Source of the DNA: Amoebidium appalachense
Lineage: Eukaryota; Protista; Ichthyosporea
Direction of reading: 5' to 3'
Assembly: GCA_963693365.1 (NCBI GenBank)
Contig: CAVNZM010000003.1
Span: 12,511,810-12,575,809 of the forward strand
Length of the DNA stretch: 64,000 bases
Positions 29,631-46,316 of the stretch are shown here, in pieces. The notes under the pieces are model-generated. The model ran no database searches, was not told where the DNA came from, and saw only the letters and a list, made by a program, of their open reading frames with translations. Numbering within the stretch: the stretch's first letter is position 1; every line of letters starts with the position of its first letter. A program made the translations under genes and the position numbers.

Positions 29631-30821
29631 GGAGTTGGTGTGGGAGAGGGGAAAAGGGGAGCAGAGGGAGGAAGGGGGGAGGGGGGAGAGAGTGGTATAG
29701 AGAAAGAGTCACGGAGAGACATGTTTATGATATTCGTGTGTGTGTGTGTGTGAACTCAGTGATTGTGTGTGTGTGTGTGTTGCGTGTGTTCTGCCGCAGC
29801 TGTAACCTGCACAGCGGTGTGTGTCGTGTGTGTGTGTTACTGTGTTTGTGTGTGTGTTTGTGTGTTGTGGGGGGGGGGGGGGGGGGGGGGGGGCATGTGC
29901 ATGCACGTGTGCGTGCGTGCGTCCGTGCGTATGTATCTGTGTACTCTGTGTGTGCACGTGCGTGTGCGTGTGTGAGCGTATGTTGAACACGGTGTGTTTA
30001 TGTATACCTGTAATTGTGTGTAGCTGTGAATGCCCTCCTATCGATATCTCCCGGACAACCCCCCCCCCCCCCCCCCCCCCCCCCTCGGATACCCTCACCT
30101 CGTGCACCGTCCCCGCGCTTAACCTTCCTTTGCACATTCACGCATTCACACATGGCGATCATATTCCCGTGGCGTTGATATTGGCGCTTACCTGAAATCA
30201 TTATAAGCCTTGAAAAACACATCCGTATATATGTGAGTGCATATGTATGTACTGTTTCAAAAGTCTTCTCCGCACTGTTTTGGCCAGATAAAGCCGACGC
30301 AACCAACTTCGATTGTAGATTCCTAGGAATGTACTACCCGCTCGCTGTACATGTAGCTACGTCATAACTATAAATAAGCCGGTATAGTATTACTACGCGG
30401 CAGGAGCAAAAAAGGTATGTCAGATAGCTCACAGGGAGACAGAGAAAGCACTCAAAATGACAACCTAGAATAGCGATCATTCCCTGCGCAGGCGTGACGA
30501 TAAGCTCCGACGATATCGATGTCCTGGGGATGAATGTTTGCAACGACTCAATATGAAGTGGACATGGATGGACGATGTTACTTCGCATGCAGAGGCGAGG
30601 TGCGAAGTACATGCGTAAGAGACAAAAACTAAGGTAGGTGGCACATATAACGTGAGACTATATGCCACTAAAACCTTTGTAGATGCGCCGCAGTGGGTAC
30701 ATACAGACATACATGCGACATCGAAATGTGATGGGAATATGAATTCGAACACGGATGAAAGTCGGATGGGGGACGGATGCTCACAGCTTTCGTTGACGAG
30801 AACTATGTTTTGGACAAGGAA

Positions 30822-31026
30822 GGACTTCACTTTCTCTTCGATCTCTTAGCTGTCACGTCAACTTTTTTTCCCGATCCTTCACCATGGCAGGTATATAAAG
30901 GCTTTCGTTTTTTTTTTTTTTTGTGGACTTCACTTTCACTTCGATCTCTTAGCTGTCACGTCAACTTTTTTCCCCAATTCTTCACCATGGCAGGTATATA
31001 AAGGCTTTCGTTTTTTCTTTTTGTGG
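30822..31026. repeat. ~104-bp tandem duplication
   Basis: Two copies of CTTCACTTTC..CGATCTCTTAGCTGTCACGTCAAC..CACCATGGCAGGTATATAAAGGCTTTCG. Confidence 0.85.
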
Positions 31027-32101
31027 TGGGAGGGAGTCCCATTCAGGGGAACGTGACTGCAGCGTGTGTGGTGTGGCCTGGTGTATTCCTACTGCTGTGA
31101 GAGTGTGGGGGCATCTCCCTTTCGCGGAGTTTCTCGCTTGAGAAGTGGTTTCTTCAACGCCTGGTGGTCCACTGCAACCTATGGTAACTTCTACACGCTG
31201 TCTACGCTTCTACGCGACCTATTGGCGGTGGGCTGCTGCAACTTCTTCAGCTACTTCTGCGATGCGTGAGTGGAGGGGCGGCTACTTGGTCGTCGGGAAG
31301 CTTTCCAAGTGACTGCCAGTCCTTAGCCTCCAGTCGTATGGCAATAACCGGGTTTGCTTGCATGCATTCTGTAATTGTGTTTTTCTGTGTATCCTGCCAC
31401 AACTAGGCCACCTTATCAGAGAGCTAGATGCAGTTTCTCCGGGTTATCTAGGGGCCGGGCCCGTTGGGATTGTTTTTTAGCTCAGATTTGGTCTGCATTG
31501 CTCTTTTAGAGGCTGACTTGCTTGCTGTGCCTCGGTAGGTTTTGAGGGGGGCCTGTTGGGAAGCAGCAGTAATAATGTCTTCTTGCGGAGTGTGGTCTGG
31601 TCAACATCGATGCATATGACTAGTTGGAGCAAACTAGTTTCACGATTACACGTACACTTACGGTTTTGCCCGCTGGTGTCCTTTGTCACTTGTCGCTTTA
31701 TTTTTATTTCGAGTCAAAAGAAAAAAAAAAAAGACTGAGGACGCCAGGTCCCATTTACATAGTGATGTTTATTGATCTGGGGGGCTTCCGTGTCTGGGGT
31801 GACTCGATGTATATCTACGTCACATACAAAACAAAAGGTGTCGGCCGCAGCTCTGGATTGGCCCAACTGTCTAGATTATTCAAAACTATTCGTAACGTTG
31901 ATTGGATTAGAAAGCGGTCAAATTCCGGGTTGCCCGGGTTTGCCTCTCTTAATCGTATTTAGGCAAATTTCGAGCATTTTGAGACCCTTTAGGTTCGTAT
32001 TCACTAATGGGGTACCCTCTTTTAATCGTATTGCGGGGTTTTCTAAACCGTATTTTGGGTCAATACGATTCGTAACGCAAACCCTGAATTTGAGTGTGAC
32101 G

Positions 32102-32578
32102 TTGGGATATTCGGGTTGGTTGTAAGGTTTTCCGGGTCGGGCCGAAGGCCTTAACGGGCCGCAGGCCCGTCTATTGGGCCATAGGCCCTAGGCTCTAGGC
32201 CGCTAGGCCTGGGGCCCGGGGCGCCGGGGACCGGGGGGGCCCGGCCCGGCCCGCGGGCCACCCCCCCCCCGGCCCGGCCCGCAGGCCCGGGGTTAGCAGA
32301 TTCTGCTAACCCCGGGCCCGCGGGCCGGGCCGGGGGGGGGGGTGGCCCGCGGGCCGGGCCGGGCCCCCGGTCCCCGGAATCTGCTAACCCCGGGCCCGCG
32401 GGCCGGGCCGGGGGGGGGGGTGGCCCGCGGGCCGGGCCGGGCCCCCCGGTCCCCGGCGCCCCGGGCCCCAGGCCTAGCGGCCTAGGGCCTAGGGCCTATG
32501 GCCCAATAGACGGGCCTGCGGCCCGTTAAGGCCTTCGGCCCGACCCGGAAAACCTTACAACCAACCCGAATATCCCAA
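32102..32578. repeat. GC-rich foldback: 201-bp inverted arms with a 75-bp spacer that itself duplicates part of the right arm
   Basis: 32102-32302 is near-perfectly the reverse complement of 32378-32578; an inner palindrome GGGGTTAGCAGA-T-TCTGCTAACCCC is centred at 32301. No target-site duplication seen. Confidence 0.93.
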
Positions 32579-33092
32579 TATTGCTTCATTCTGATTGGTT
32601 GTCACATCACGGGGTTTCCCGATTGTTCTTCGAATGACATTTTCTTTCACTATCAGACAGTTCTCCAATATTAGAACAGAAAACGGTCTCTACCCAGATG
32701 GCCAGATGGCCAGGTCAAATTCAGTGTGTGAAAAAGGTGGATAAAACGGGATAAAACGGGAGCCAAAATGATCTGGCCATCTGGCCATGTGGCCATGGAA
32801 TCTCTATATCTAAAAATAGCTGCCACTGCGCCGGGGCGTGGTTCCGGGAGGCAGGGGAGCAGGGGAGCAGGGGGGGGCACGTGAGCACTCGCTGGGGCCT
32901 GGTTCCGGGAGGCAGGGGAGCAGGGGAGCCACTCAGTGTGTGGGTGTGCACATGGCCATGGTCACACTGGGGCAGGGGAGCAGGGGAGCAGGGGAGCAGG
33001 GGAGCAGGGGAGCAGGGGGGCAGGGGGGCTGGCATGCCACTCACGGGGAGGATAGTGTATGTTGGCACCATGCGGCTGTGTGGGTGGTTTTT

Positions 33093-33575
33093 TTATTTGG
33101 GCTTGTGCTTATGGCAATGGGTCGTAGATTTCACCCTGTTTTTGCAGGGATTGCCAGCCTTGGTTTTGCCCTGGCAGTACCCATTTTCCCTGCCCACACC
33201 CACTGCTGCAGCTGCAACCGGTGGCTGTGGTGCACCCATGGGTGGATCCGGAGTGGACACAGTCAGCGCGGGTACCCCGGTGCGCTCGGTGCGAGGGCGC
33301 TGCATTTCTGCGACTGTAAAGGCGGCCACGAGGTCGTCCAACAGGAGGTTTGCATGACCATAGTCCCCGGCCTTGTGGGTGTGGAGGATGTTGATGGTGT
33401 TGTCGCTGTAGAGGAGGACACCGGTGGCAGGGGCAAAGCATACCCAGGGCTTGAAGCCGTCCTTGTGGTGTGGGCATGTTTTCTTTTTGTTTTTGCACTG
33501 GGCTTTTTTTGAGGGTGCAAATGCAGGGCATCGTTCGGGGTCAACCGAATCGGGGCGCAAAAGTGCGTCTCCCAT
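33093..33575 (-). CDS. Small protein with two C-x9/10-C-x6/9-C-x2-H zinc-binding motifs (DUF5763-like)
   Basis: CPAFAPSKKAQCKNKKKTCPHH and CQGKTKAGNPCKNRVKSTTHCHKH; the stop overlaps AATAAA. Confidence 0.7.
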   Translation of the reverse strand: MGDALLRPDSVDPERCPAFAPSKKAQCKNKKKTCPHHKDGFKPWVCFAPATGVLLYSDNTINILHTHKAGDYGHANLLLDDLVAAFTVAEMQRPRTERTGVPALTVSTPDPPMGAPQPPVAAAAVGVGRENGYCQGKTKAGNPCKNRVKSTTHCHKHKPK

Positions 33576-33879
33576 TTCTAGTGTTTTGTTTTGGTGTGCA
33601 CTGTTCTTGGATTGGGGTGAAGTGAGACAAAAAGTAAAAGCGAGTACTTTTTGTTGACTGGTTGATGGCATATCAATCAATCTCTTGGTGCCAAACCACT
33701 GACCAATCACATGGGTGTATTCACGAATTCCAATCTAAATTCGGCATCTGGAGAGAGGGGTACTGGTAAAACACAAGAGCAACACGGCATCAAGAGTTTG
33801 TACCACAGGCAAGATCTCAGAGAGGTCACTTTTGGGGTGTAACACGTCGGATACTGAAAGTTTTGTGAGGTACACGTAC

Positions 33880-34152
33880 ATGTTCGACAGCACGGTCACC
33901 ACAGGCATTCTTTATGTGATATCTATATGCAGTGTCGTTGCAAATATACACTGGTACAATTTAATGAAGTCCGAACCGAATGCTAGAGAGAAAGTGAACA
34001 AAATGTATCTGGTGTACGTCAGCGCTGCTATTGTCCTCACATGTTTATTGGTTACACCATTGATGTATGCAGTCATATACTATTTCAATAAGAAGACGGG
34101 TGCTGCGGAGTACGACACCACTCTGAGACAAACAAGTCACTCGGACTTTTAA
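33880..34152 (+). CDS. Small two-TM membrane protein, hypothetical
   Basis: 90-aa ORF with two hydrophobic stretches (GILYVISICSVVANI; LVYVSAAIVLTCLLVTPLMYAVIYYF). Confidence 0.55.
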   Translation: MFDSTVTTGILYVISICSVVANIHWYNLMKSEPNAREKVNKMYLVYVSAAIVLTCLLVTPLMYAVIYYFNKKTGAAEYDTTLRQTSHSDF

Positions 34153-34175
34153 TCCGATTGACGTGTCACCGCGCC

Positions 34176-34701
34176 AGCGCTGCATACAAAAAAGACCCGA
34201 AGTGGAGTATACGACAAACCCAGCGCCAGCGCTTCATACCCAAAGTGGATACAATAAAAAGACAGTTGCTGTGTGTGCAAAGCTGTGTGTGCAAAAAGAG
34301 GGGAAATAAGCGCTGCATACAAAAGCCCCGAAGTGGAGTATACGACAAACCCAGCGCCAGCGCTTCATACCCAAAGTGGATACAATAAAAAGACAGTTGC
34401 TGTGTGTGCAAAGCTGTGTGTGCAAAAAGAGGGGAAATAAGCGCTGCATACAAAAGCCCTGAAGTGGAGTATACGACAAACCCAGCGCCAGCGCTTCATA
34501 CCCAAAGTGGATACAATAAAAAGACAGTTGCTGTGTGTGCAAAGCTGTGTGTGCAAAAAGAGGGGAAATAAGCGCTGCATACAAAAGCCCCGAAGTGGAG
34601 TATACGACAAACCCAGCGCCAGCGCTTCATACCCAAAGTGGATACAATAAAAAGACAGTTGCTGTGTGTGCAAAGCTGTGTGTGCAAAAAGAGGGGAAAT
34701 A
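34176..34701. repeat. 131-bp tandem repeat x4
   Basis: AGCGCTGCATAC starts at 34176, 34309, 34440, 34571; the units are near-identical. Confidence 0.95.
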
Positions 34702-34704
34702 AAT

Positions 34705-35137
34705 ACTTTAAACGTGCATGCAATATACATCGATAGACTTATGAAAGCACACAAACTGTGTGCCACACGGGCATGCATGCACGGGGAGGGAGTGTGGGGT
34801 GGGGGGGGAGGGGGGGGGGGGGGGGGGAGACTTTGAACGTGCATGCAATAGACTTATGAAAGCACACAAACACAGTGTGTGCCACACGGGCATGCATGCA
34901 CGGGGAGGGAGTGTGGGGTGGGGGGGGAGGGGGGGGGGGGGGGGAGACTTTGAACGTGCATGCAATAGACTTATGAAAGCACACAAACTGTGTGCCACAC
35001 GGGCATGCATGCACGGGGAGGGAGTGTGGGGTGGGGGGGAGGGGGGGGGGGGGGGGGGAGACTTTGAACGTGCATAGACTATGTGCCACACGGGCATGCA
35101 TGCATGGGGAGGGAGTGTGTGTGTGTGTGGGGTGGGG

Positions 35138-35171
<34 letters not shown>

Positions 35172-35371
35172 GACTTTGAACGTGCATGCAATAGACTTAT
35201 GAAAGCACACAAACTGTGTGCCACACGGGCATGCATGCATGGGGAGGGAGTGTGGGGTGGGGGGGGGGGGGGGGGGGGGGGGAGACTTTGAACGTGCATG
35301 CAATAGACTTATGAAAGCACACAAACTGTGTGCCACACGGGCATGCATGCATGGGGAGGGAGTGTGTGTGT

Positions 35372-35419
<48 letters not shown>

Positions 35420-35550
35420 GACTTTGAACGTGCATGCAATAGACTTATGAAAGCACACAAACTGTGTGCCACACGGGCATGCATGCATGGGGAGGGAGTG
35501 TGTGTGTGTGTGTGTGTGGGGGGGGGGGGAGACTTTGAACGTGCATGCAA
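34705..35550. repeat. ~112-136-bp tandem repeat (about 7 units) with a variable poly-G segment
   Basis: ACTTTGAACGTGCATGCAATAGACTTATGAAAGCACACAAACTGTGTGCCACACGGGCATGCATGC recurs, separated by G-runs. Confidence 0.92.
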
Positions 35551-35893
35551 GTGTGTACCAAAAGGGACCTGGACTTCTTTGTATACAATCGATATTTAAT
35601 CGGTTGAAAACAGCAAAACAAGACTTGTACATATATAATAACCACAAGATACTAAACCATCCAGAAGACTTGTACATATATAATAACCACAAGATACTAA
35701 ACCATCCAGAACCAGAAAAAAAAGATGCCTACATGCTATGATCCATAAGATGCTCGTTAACATAAATACAGAAACCGTAAGGTGCTACCAGTATCAACAG
35801 TCATATATTAAAATACATCAGCCAGCCCCTGTGGCCATACCCAGCCCCTGACACATACAACAAAATCAAAACACACCCCTCACCACTCCCAAC

Positions 35894-37169
35894 CTAATCT
35901 TCTTCGTCTTCATCACTGTCCCCGTGAATAACCTGTATATCTGAAACTTGCTTTGCTCGTGTCCTGCCACTGCGGGCAGGGGCTGGTTTCTGACTCGGTT
36001 TTGGTTTCTTTGCTCGACCACTTTCTTTCCCTTTCTTCCCCTCGACCTTCTCGCCCATACCCATCATGTCCTCCAATTCCTCATCTATTGCCGTCTCAAA
36101 TGACGTCTCTTCCTGGCGGTGCCGTTTGTACACACCGAAAGAAATATCTGACACCCCTCTCTTTGAACCCTGGGAATATGCAGAGGGGTTCGACATCATG
36201 GAGGCACCAAAAGTGTGGGATTGGGTGCTGGTAACGGTGGTGAGGGACGGATTGAAGGGGGGTACGGGCATGACAGAGGCTAAACCGGGTGGGGGGGAGG
36301 GTGAGAATGGGCAGGGGGAGGTTGAGGGGGGTTTTGGGCTGAGTGGTACCGGGCGGGGGGAGGGTGGGGGTGTTTTTTTGATTGGTCGTACCAGGGGGGG
36401 GGAAGGGGGGGGCGAGACCGTGTTGGACGGTAATGTCGGGGAGGGGCTGGGGGTCATTCCAATCACGAAGTTTCTGTGTGCTCTCGTCGATTGTTCTACG
36501 GTATGATTCCCTCATGGTCGCAATGTGTGACTGAAGCTTGGTAATCTCGGCCCGGTATCTTTCCCCTTCAGTCTGATGCTCCAGGATATCGGCCACCTTT
36601 CCAACAAGCTGCCCTTCGAGGTCCCGATTCTTTGCCGATAACACCTGTTCCTTTGCATCTGCAAGGTGTTTTTGTTTGGCCGCCGCCGATTTTAGCTCGG
36701 CAATTTCCCCCTTAAGGATTTGGATGTCGTGATCCTTCGTTTGTAATTCTTTCTCTGCGGCTTCCAGCTTCTCCTGCAATTCGGTGGTTGGGGTGGTGAC
36801 AGCGGGTGCAGTGGCCGCAGTACCGACCTTTGCCAATGCAGAGGCAATGGCACTGTCTACTTTCGACTGCAACACAGTCTCCAAGTACTCTTCGAACATT
36901 TTTGGATCGACGGGAGCAGTGTCGCCGGAGTGTGGGGGGGGGGGTTGGATGGGGGGGGGGATTTCGCCGCCGGAGTGTGGGGGGGGGTTGGATGGGGGGG
37001 GGATTTCGCCGCCGGAGTGTGGGGGGGGGTTGGATGGGGAGGGGACTTCGCCGCCGGAGTGTGGGGGGGGGTTGGATGGGGGGGGGGCTTGCGTTGTGAC
37101 GGGGTCGGCGGACTTGCTGATGTTGGTTTCGTATGACCCCGACCCGAGAGTTTGCTGGGAATAATCCAT
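35894..37169 (-). CDS. Coiled-coil, Pro-rich protein with a basic/acidic tail; one frameshift in the C-rich middle
   Basis: MDYSQQ.., PPPSNPPPHSGGE repeats, heptad-rich ELQEKLEAAEKELQTKDHDIQILKGEIAELK; the plausible C-terminus (KRHRQEETSFETAIDEELED..KKPKP..DSDEDEED) is in an overlapping frame. Confidence 0.6.
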
Positions 37170-37224
37170 CGTGACAGTTTTCACAAAAAAAAGGATAAAC
37201 AAAGGGAAAAAAAGAAAGGAAGTC

Positions 37225-37495
37225 TTACGTTTCTCTGCGCAAACACAGTCGTGTGCAAACCCAGTCGTGAACAAGGGAAAAAGGAAAAAAAAAACAAGGG
37301 AAAAAGGAAAAAAAAAAGAAAGTGCTACGAATACGATTCTCTGTTGTGAACAAAGGAAAAAGTAAAAAAAAGAGTGTTACGTTTCTCTGCGCAAACACAG
37401 TCCTGTGCAAACCCAGTCGTGAACAAGAGAAAAAGAAAAAAAAAAGAGAGTGTTACGTTTCTCTAGGCAAACACCGTCGTGTGCAAACACAGCCA
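37225..37495. repeat. Three dispersed copies of a ~50-bp motif upstream of the coiled-coil gene
   Basis: TTACGTTTCTCTGCGCAAACACAGTCGTGTGCAAAC at ~37225, ~37377, ~37452. Confidence 0.75.
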
Positions 37496-38645
37496 TGAAC
37501 AAAAGAATCAGAAAAGTAGAAAATGACAGCGCTGTGAACTGATATAAAAAAACCGCCATCAATAATTTATGTGAAGCCATTGCGCAAAATACGATCTTAT
37601 GTTACGAGAATCAAGCATAAGAAAAACAGAACCTTTTGGCGCTGTTAGTGAATATATCTCTAATCGTGTTTGGTTCACAGGTAAACTGTATAAAAAAGGT
37701 GAATATACGAAATAAAAATATAATATACAGGACAAAACGAGCGCTAGTTTAAAACATCGAAGGATATACGCTTTCACAACATCTTATTCGCGGACCTTTT
37801 TACGTGCAAGCGTTTTGATTGGTGCATAGGGGTTGGTTCTTGCCCCACGTGATTCGCGGCGCTGATGCTCAGGGTATTCTGATTGACCGAAATCGAAGCA
37901 TCGGATTCAAATTGGGCAAATACAAAACGCTTTCCAACCAAAATCCCAAGCGCATGGTTGTTTATTTATAGAACCTTATATGTCATAAAACATACAACCC
38001 TCTTTTAGGATTTCCCTTATTCCTTGCTCAGTCAAAACGCTCCAGGGTCGGTGCTGCTATCAGTCACTAAGTAATTTCATTGGCCAGTCATCACGTAAAT
38101 GCGCCAGCCAACAAAACCAATCGGTGATTGGTGAATAGTGGTTGGGTCAACGTGATCGGGCACTGGTACTCTAGAAGGCAAGCGCTTATCGGCATTGGTA
38201 CAATCTAGTTGGTCAATACACCGTGACTCAAGGCTGCAACGCTTTTCGAAGACCAGATTCACAGGACCCTTTCCAAACAAAATTCCAAGCAAATGTCTGT
38301 GTCCGCGTAAAGTATAAATAAACATAAATAAATTATGCTTTTTTAATATTTATTGCCTATTAGAATAAATCACAATTGTTACTCGCAAAAGGGTCTTGGT
38401 TGGGCAGGCTGGCCTTGCTACCCAAACTATTATTAGCCGATCTCACTGATTAGCTTATTATCACGTACGCGCCAATCAGTGATTCCATTGGCCAAACTGA
38501 ACAAAACATTAATTGGCCAGTCATCAAAAACGTGATTTTCTTGCTTGCTTCAAGCTTTGCGAAATGAGAATATATGTTCAACACTCTCTTTGCGCTCTAT
38601 ATACAACGGAGAAATTACAAGAGTCCATCTTGATTCCCGAACGAA

Positions 38646-38914
38646 CAAATATAACCAAGCGCACCACACCAGTTCGTGTTACTTTCGCCCGGCGCTGCTG
38701 TTGTACATGTTTCAAACATAACCAAGCGCGCCACACCAATTCGTGTCACTTTCGCCCAGCGCTGCTGTTGTGCATGTTTCAAACGTAATCAGGCGCACCA
38801 CATCAGTTCGTGTCACTTTCGCCCAGCGCTGCTGTTGTGCATGTTTCAAACATAATCAAGCGCACCACACCAGTTCGTGTCACTTTCGCCCGGCGCTGCT
38901 GTTGTACATGTTTC
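38646..38914. repeat. 67-bp tandem repeat x4
   Basis: ATAACCAAGCGCACCACACCAGTTCGTGT..CTTTCGCCCGGCGCTGCTGTTGTACATGTTTC at 38651, 38718, 38785, 38852. Confidence 0.92.
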
Positions 38915-39214
38915 CATTGTAATTACAAATAGGCTAGATTGCCAAAAACAGAACGAAAACAACAAAGAAACTTGTTATAATAACCTGTGCACACCGCGCT
39001 ATCAGTTGTCCCCTTTTTTAGCCAATACAGATACATAGAATTTCCTTCATGTTTCCCTGTGCGAGGCACATTTTAGGCTTATGCACACAATCGTAGATTG
39101 TTTGGGATACGAAAACAGAGCACACACACAAACGAGTTCTGCTAAACACAAACATTGTTAGACTGGACACAAAAAACATAGCGCGCGCATGCACGAGCTT
39201 TCCTAGGAACGATT

Positions 39215-39314
<100 letters not shown>

Positions 39315-39429
39315 AAGCACGAGCGCTACAACACGGTGGCACAAGCACACAGACAGAGCGCTCTCACAGACAGTCTTACAGGCAGAGGGTGCTCACAATT
39401 ACACACATCACAAAAACACACACAGCAAC

Positions 39430-44091
<4,662 letters not shown>

Positions 44092-44094
<3 letters not shown>

Positions 44095-44400
44095 GGTTTG
44101 TGGTGGGTGCGGTGGGGGAAACGCAGTTGTAGTGGTGGCGGCGGGTAGGCCCCACATTCACATCTTACTTAGGGTTTGTGGTGGGTGCGGTGGGGGAAAC
44201 GTAGTTGTAGTGGTGGCGGCGGGTAGGCCCCACATTCACATCTTACTTAGGGTTTGTGGTGGGTGCGGTGGGGGAAACGTAGTTGTAGTTGTGGCGGCGG
44301 GTAGGCCCCACATTCACATCTTACTTAGGGTTTGTGGTGGGTGCGGTGGGGGAAACGTATTTGTGGTGGTGTGGGCAGTAGGCACACATCCACATCTATA
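44092..44400. repeat. 78-bp tandem repeat x4 starting at the KDM4-like stop codon
   Basis: TAGGGTTTGTGGTGGGTGCGGTGGGGGAAACG at 44092, 44170, 44248, 44326. Confidence 0.93.
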
Positions 44401-44654
44401 GGGGTTTGTGATGGGTGTGGTGAAGGAAAGACGTGGTACAAAGTTTTCATACCAAGTTTTCTGTAATGTTTATTCGAATGTGATCTGCTTCAATCTTATC
44501 CAAATTTTCATGTATATTGTATTTGCCCGGTAACAGTACCAAGTTTCCGTAATGATTATTGAATGTATTTGCCCGTGGTAGCGGGAGAGACTCCATTTAA
44601 TATACCCCAAGTCTCCTTTTCAATCTGTGTACAAGCACACTGGCACGTACATTG

Positions 44655-44781
<127 letters not shown>

Positions 44782-44972
44782 GATACACATGCTACCAAGT
44801 TTTCATTGAACGGTGAAGGGGAGGGGGGGGGAGATAGACTCCAGCTCATCAAAATTAAACATCCCAACAGATTCTCTCGTCATTTACATTTTCCATGTTT
44901 GTGGAGATTCTCTCGTCATTTACATTTTCCATGTTTGTGGTGTAAGTCCATTCATCCTTTGTGTGTAGGTCT

Positions 44973-45233
44973 CTATGCATCCTCAGGCTCCATCATCTTC
45001 TGCAGTACAATTGCTGTCTGTCGTCGATTCTTCGGCACCCACTTCTTGAATCCACACTTCTCCGCCAACTCATCGGGCAGATCTATATAGCCCTTTTCCG
45101 CAAGCTCTTGTGCGTATGCTCGTTGCTCCATCTGCGTCCGCCGGGTGGTGGCCTCGGTCGGCACAATAGTTGCCTGCACCACGGGTGCCTTGCCGGGCTC
45201 CTCCTTCAGCTTGTACTCCCATCGGTACGCCAT
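44973..45233 (-). CDS. Hypothetical protein, 86 aa
   Basis: ATG-started intronless ORF with coding-like composition, tightly co-oriented with its neighbour. Confidence 0.55.
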   Translation of the reverse strand: MAYRWEYKLKEEPGKAPVVQATIVPTEATTRRTQMEQRAYAQELAEKGYIDLPDELAEKCGFKKWVPKNRRQTAIVLQKMMEPEDA

Positions 45234-45269
45234 ACTCTATGCCACAAAAATCTCTGCTCACCCAACCCT

Positions 45270-45662
45270 TCAAGTGCGCTCCTTGATCACCACCGCAGGC
45301 GCATACGCACACGTGGGGCACGCCGGGCACTTCTGCTCGGGCGGGCAGCGCGTGCATGCGGGGCACTGTGCGCACCGAGTGGGGCTGGCACCGCACACGT
45401 GGCAGCGGGGGCAGTGCGCACACTTGCGGCGGGGAACGCAGCTGCCGCAGCTGGCACACATTGGGCACGCGCGCTGGCACTTGAGCACTGCCAGGCGCCG
45501 CCGCACACGTGGGCTGAACGTGTCCCAGAGCACGTAGAGGATCAGGCCGGCCAGGATGGCCAGTAGGATGGGGGAGGGCCCGGGGGTGCTGCGCGGGCTT
45601 GTGCGGATCGGGGGAGGGGGTGCGAATGGGCTGGGTGGGGGAAGGGGTGCGCCAGCGTCCAT
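45270..45662 (-). CDS. Membrane-anchored Cys-rich (CxxCP repeat) protein
   Basis: TM segment ILLAILAGLILYVLW followed by CPMCASC, CAHCPRC, CAQCPAC, CPACPTC; TTATAT upstream. Confidence 0.7.
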   Translation of the reverse strand: MDAGAPLPPPSPFAPPPPIRTSPRSTPGPSPILLAILAGLILYVLWDTFSPRVRRRLAVLKCQRACPMCASCGSCVPRRKCAHCPRCHVCGASPTRCAQCPACTRCPPEQKCPACPTCAYAPAVVIKERT

Positions 45663-45768
45663 GTTACCCGGTGCACGATATAATGTGGGGTTGGGGTTGT
45701 GCGGGCAGATGGGAGGAGGGTTTGGGGGGGGGGGGGAGGGGGGGGGGGGCGCTCATGAGCAAGGGTAT

Positions 45769-45969
45769 GGTGATAGCGATCATGACCCTACTCTCAAGCA
45801 ACACAGGTGCAAGCGCACGGTGATAGCGCTCATGACCCTACTCTCAAGCAACACAGGTGCAAGCGCACGGTGATAGCGCTCATGACCCTACTCTCAAGCA
45901 ACACAGGTGCAAGCGCACGGTGATAGCGCTCATGACCCTACTCTCAAGCAACACAGGTGCAAGCGCACG
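45769..45969 (+). repeat. 50-bp tandem repeat x4 (left array)
   Basis: CATGACCCTACTCTCAAGCAACACAGGTGCAAGCGCACGGTGATAGCGCT at 45781, 45831, 45881, 45931. Confidence 0.95.
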
Positions 45970-46316
45970 GGCAGGCCCGACCATAACCCCGTTTTTACGG
46001 TAAAAAATACCCTAAACGTTTCAAAAATACCATCATATTTTCAGTTTATGGTAAACCCCTGCAAATTTCGTGGTAAGCTAAAATAGGAACCCCCTTTTAC
46101 CCCCTTTAACTGGGGATGAAAAATACCATACACCCCAGGCAAAAATATTCCGGACTTCAAAAAATACCAAGAAACAAATCCGAATTTTCGGGCTTGCGCA
46201 CGGGTTATGCCACCAATTGGATTTGGCCAATCAGCGCGGCTAGCCGATGGTAACTAGATTTATCCAACCAATCATCCGTTAAAAGATGTGTCATCCGCGT
46301 TTAGCCAATCAGCGCG

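Noticed and set aside
34176-35550. CRISPR-like repeat arrays
   Set aside because: Units repeat in full or are separated only by poly-G; there are no unique spacers or cas genes, and the context is eukaryotic.
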